64,000 nt of DNA, taken from NCBI GenBank assembly GCA_051047955.1, contig JBPGPT010000004.1, positions 620,001-684,000 of the forward strand, in the 5' to 3' direction. Under the pieces are notes generated by a model. It did no database searches, was not told the DNA's origin, and saw nothing but the letters and a program-made list of their open reading frames with translations. Each line of letters starts with the position of its first letter. Positions within the stretch are counted from its first letter, which is position 1. Positions 62,225 to 64,000 of the stretch are shown here, in pieces. The stretch is from Cystobasidiomycetes sp. EMM_F5. Taxonomy: Eukaryota. A program made the position numbers and the translations under genes.

Positions 62225-62959
62225 GGTATCATGATCCGCGTACCCGAGTGTACCAGTATCTGCGAAGTAATCCCTGTTTGAAGCATACACGATACCCAAT
62301 TACAGTATGATATGAACGTATTCACAAGATTGTGTCCGTATGGCTGCTTTGGTTTACATCTTCTCGTGAAGTTGACGTCTCCTATCGCGCTTATGACAAG
62401 AGCCTGTGCGATGTCGAACTATACGTGATTGGATCTCCACCTCTCTCCAGCGTCCCCACCTTTGTGCACGGATTTTGGGATACTGCCGATACCTGCCATT
62501 TGCTGCACCGCTGCAACCAATACCGTTCAATACGTGTCTTGGTGTCAACACGGTGTCCGCGTCTCCGTTCTGCTGCCTGTATTCCCCACAACGTGATACT
62601 CAGCATTCTTCGACTAGTACTCCAGCGTTGAAGAATGCGGAACTTCCCAACAACGCCATTGCAACAGACGCGCCATGACGCGCTTCTACGAGCAGTCCGT
62701 ACGCTACGATGACGACGTCAGCCTCTCTCAATGCACGCGCTCATCCTGCCGACAAACAAAGGTATCGCCGATGGCTTTCGCCGACACGGATGGAGCGCAG
62801 ATAGCTAGCGGCGGTCTTACGCTGACTGCAGCTGACTTTTTGGCTATTTAAGCCAACAAACAGCTCGAATTGCTCGCTTTCCATCCCTCCATCCACGGCA
62901 TACAATCATTTCTGTCAAACCCCAAAATATCAATTCTCCACATCGCCGGTACACACACA

Positions 62960-63883
62960 ATGCGCGTCTTTGTCACAGGTGCTAGCGGATTTGTGGGAAA
63001 AGCGACCGTCAAGGTCCTCCAGGCTCAAGGACACGAAGTGACCGGCCTGGCCCGCTCCGATGCCTCGGAAAACGTTCTCAAGGAAATGGGGGTCAAGAAC
63101 ATTCTCAGGGGCACCACAACGACCTTGGATGTCTTGAGACAAGGCGCAGCAGAGGCAGATGCCGTCATACATGCTGCTTTTGACCATGACGCCTTCGCGA
63201 CTGGCAAGATCGTTCAAGCGTGCGCCGAAGATCGTGATGCCATACAAGCCATGTGCGAAGCTCTACTTGCATCTACGCCGTCTGGCGACAAGCCCAAGGC
63301 ATTCATTTACACCTCGGGGTTGCTCGGAAACGTCACACCAGACGAGACCTCCGAGAAGGTTCCCAACGAGCACATACCACGACATCTATCCGAGCTGCTA
63401 GTCCATTCGTACTCCGCGAAAGGTGTGCGGTCCATTGTCGTGCGGTTGTCGCCTGTCGTGCACGGACCAAACCACGAGCACCTGTTCATCACACTACAAG
63501 CAGCAGCAGCCAGAAAGCATGGCTTTGTCGCATACGTCGATGATGGTCAGCAGTACTGGCCTTCGGTGCACGTCAATGATACAGCCCAACTCCTGACCTT
63601 GGCACTCACAAAGGCTCCATCCGGCTCGTACTTGCACAATGTGGCAGAGAACGTTACTGTCAAGACCATCGCTGACCGCATCGGAGAGATACTCAACCTC
63701 CCCACAAAGAGCATCGACGCAAAGGACGCTTTCTCACACTATCAGGGCTTCATGGGCGGCATCATGCAGGCCAGCATGGAAGCAACGTCAGAGCTGACAA
63801 GAAAGTGGACCGGTTGGGAGCCCAAGGGATACAATCTTGCAAAGGAGATGGAAGGCTACACTCTCAAGGAGGCCCAGGCTTAG
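62960..63883 (+). CDS. Atypical SDR / NAD-dependent epimerase-dehydratase, copy 5 (intronless)
   Basis: MRVFVTGASGFVG...WTGWEPKGY. Confidence 0.93.
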   Translation: MRVFVTGASGFVGKATVKVLQAQGHEVTGLARSDASENVLKEMGVKNILRGTTTTLDVLRQGAAEADAVIHAAFDHDAFATGKIVQACAEDRDAIQAMCEALLASTPSGDKPKAFIYTSGLLGNVTPDETSEKVPNEHIPRHLSELLVHSYSAKGVRSIVVRLSPVVHGPNHEHLFITLQAAAARKHGFVAYVDDGQQYWPSVHVNDTAQLLTLALTKAPSGSYLHNVAENVTVKTIADRIGEILNLPTKSIDAKDAFSHYQGFMGGIMQASMEATSELTRKWTGWEPKGYNLAKEMEGYTLKEAQA

Positions 63884-64000
63884 ATGAAGGTACTGCTCAG
63901 TATGGCATGGAGCATGACAGTGCGGTGCAGTGGAAGTCCATCAGAGTTGATTTACGCAGGAGAGATTTGCCGTTGTAGTGCTGTCATTTTGAGTAATAAA

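Overview
Gene-dense, intron-rich fungal genomic DNA with short GT-AG introns (mostly about 45-90 nt), CTRAC-type branch sites and very short intergenic spaces. The style suggests a compact basidiomycete genome (inference; species not identifiable). About 34 spliced gene models were assembled by hand, including HRD1 (5' end), a secreted carboxylesterase, CAT2, an INO80F/Nhp10-like protein, DUF2237, NmrA-like, Ras2, p23/Wos2, ACR3, ADE2, COQ10, SWA2/auxilin, a TBC Rab-GAP, COA6, ALYREF/Yra1-like, JHD1, an adjacent THI6+THI20 pair and five tandem atypical SDR genes. The most unusual region is 27.3-33.5 kb. Three intronless, signal-peptide-less paralogs built from tandem C-x(4-9)-C-x(n)-C-x2-H repeats lie between ADE2 and COQ10. 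Two of them sit in a ~2.3-2.4 kb tandem duplication whose promoter, 3' flank and co-duplicated COQ10 last exon are highly similar, while the Cys/His-repeat coding sequences are strongly diverged. No rRNA, tRNA, CRISPR array or intact transposon was recognised. Exon boundaries are manual inferences without transcript data.
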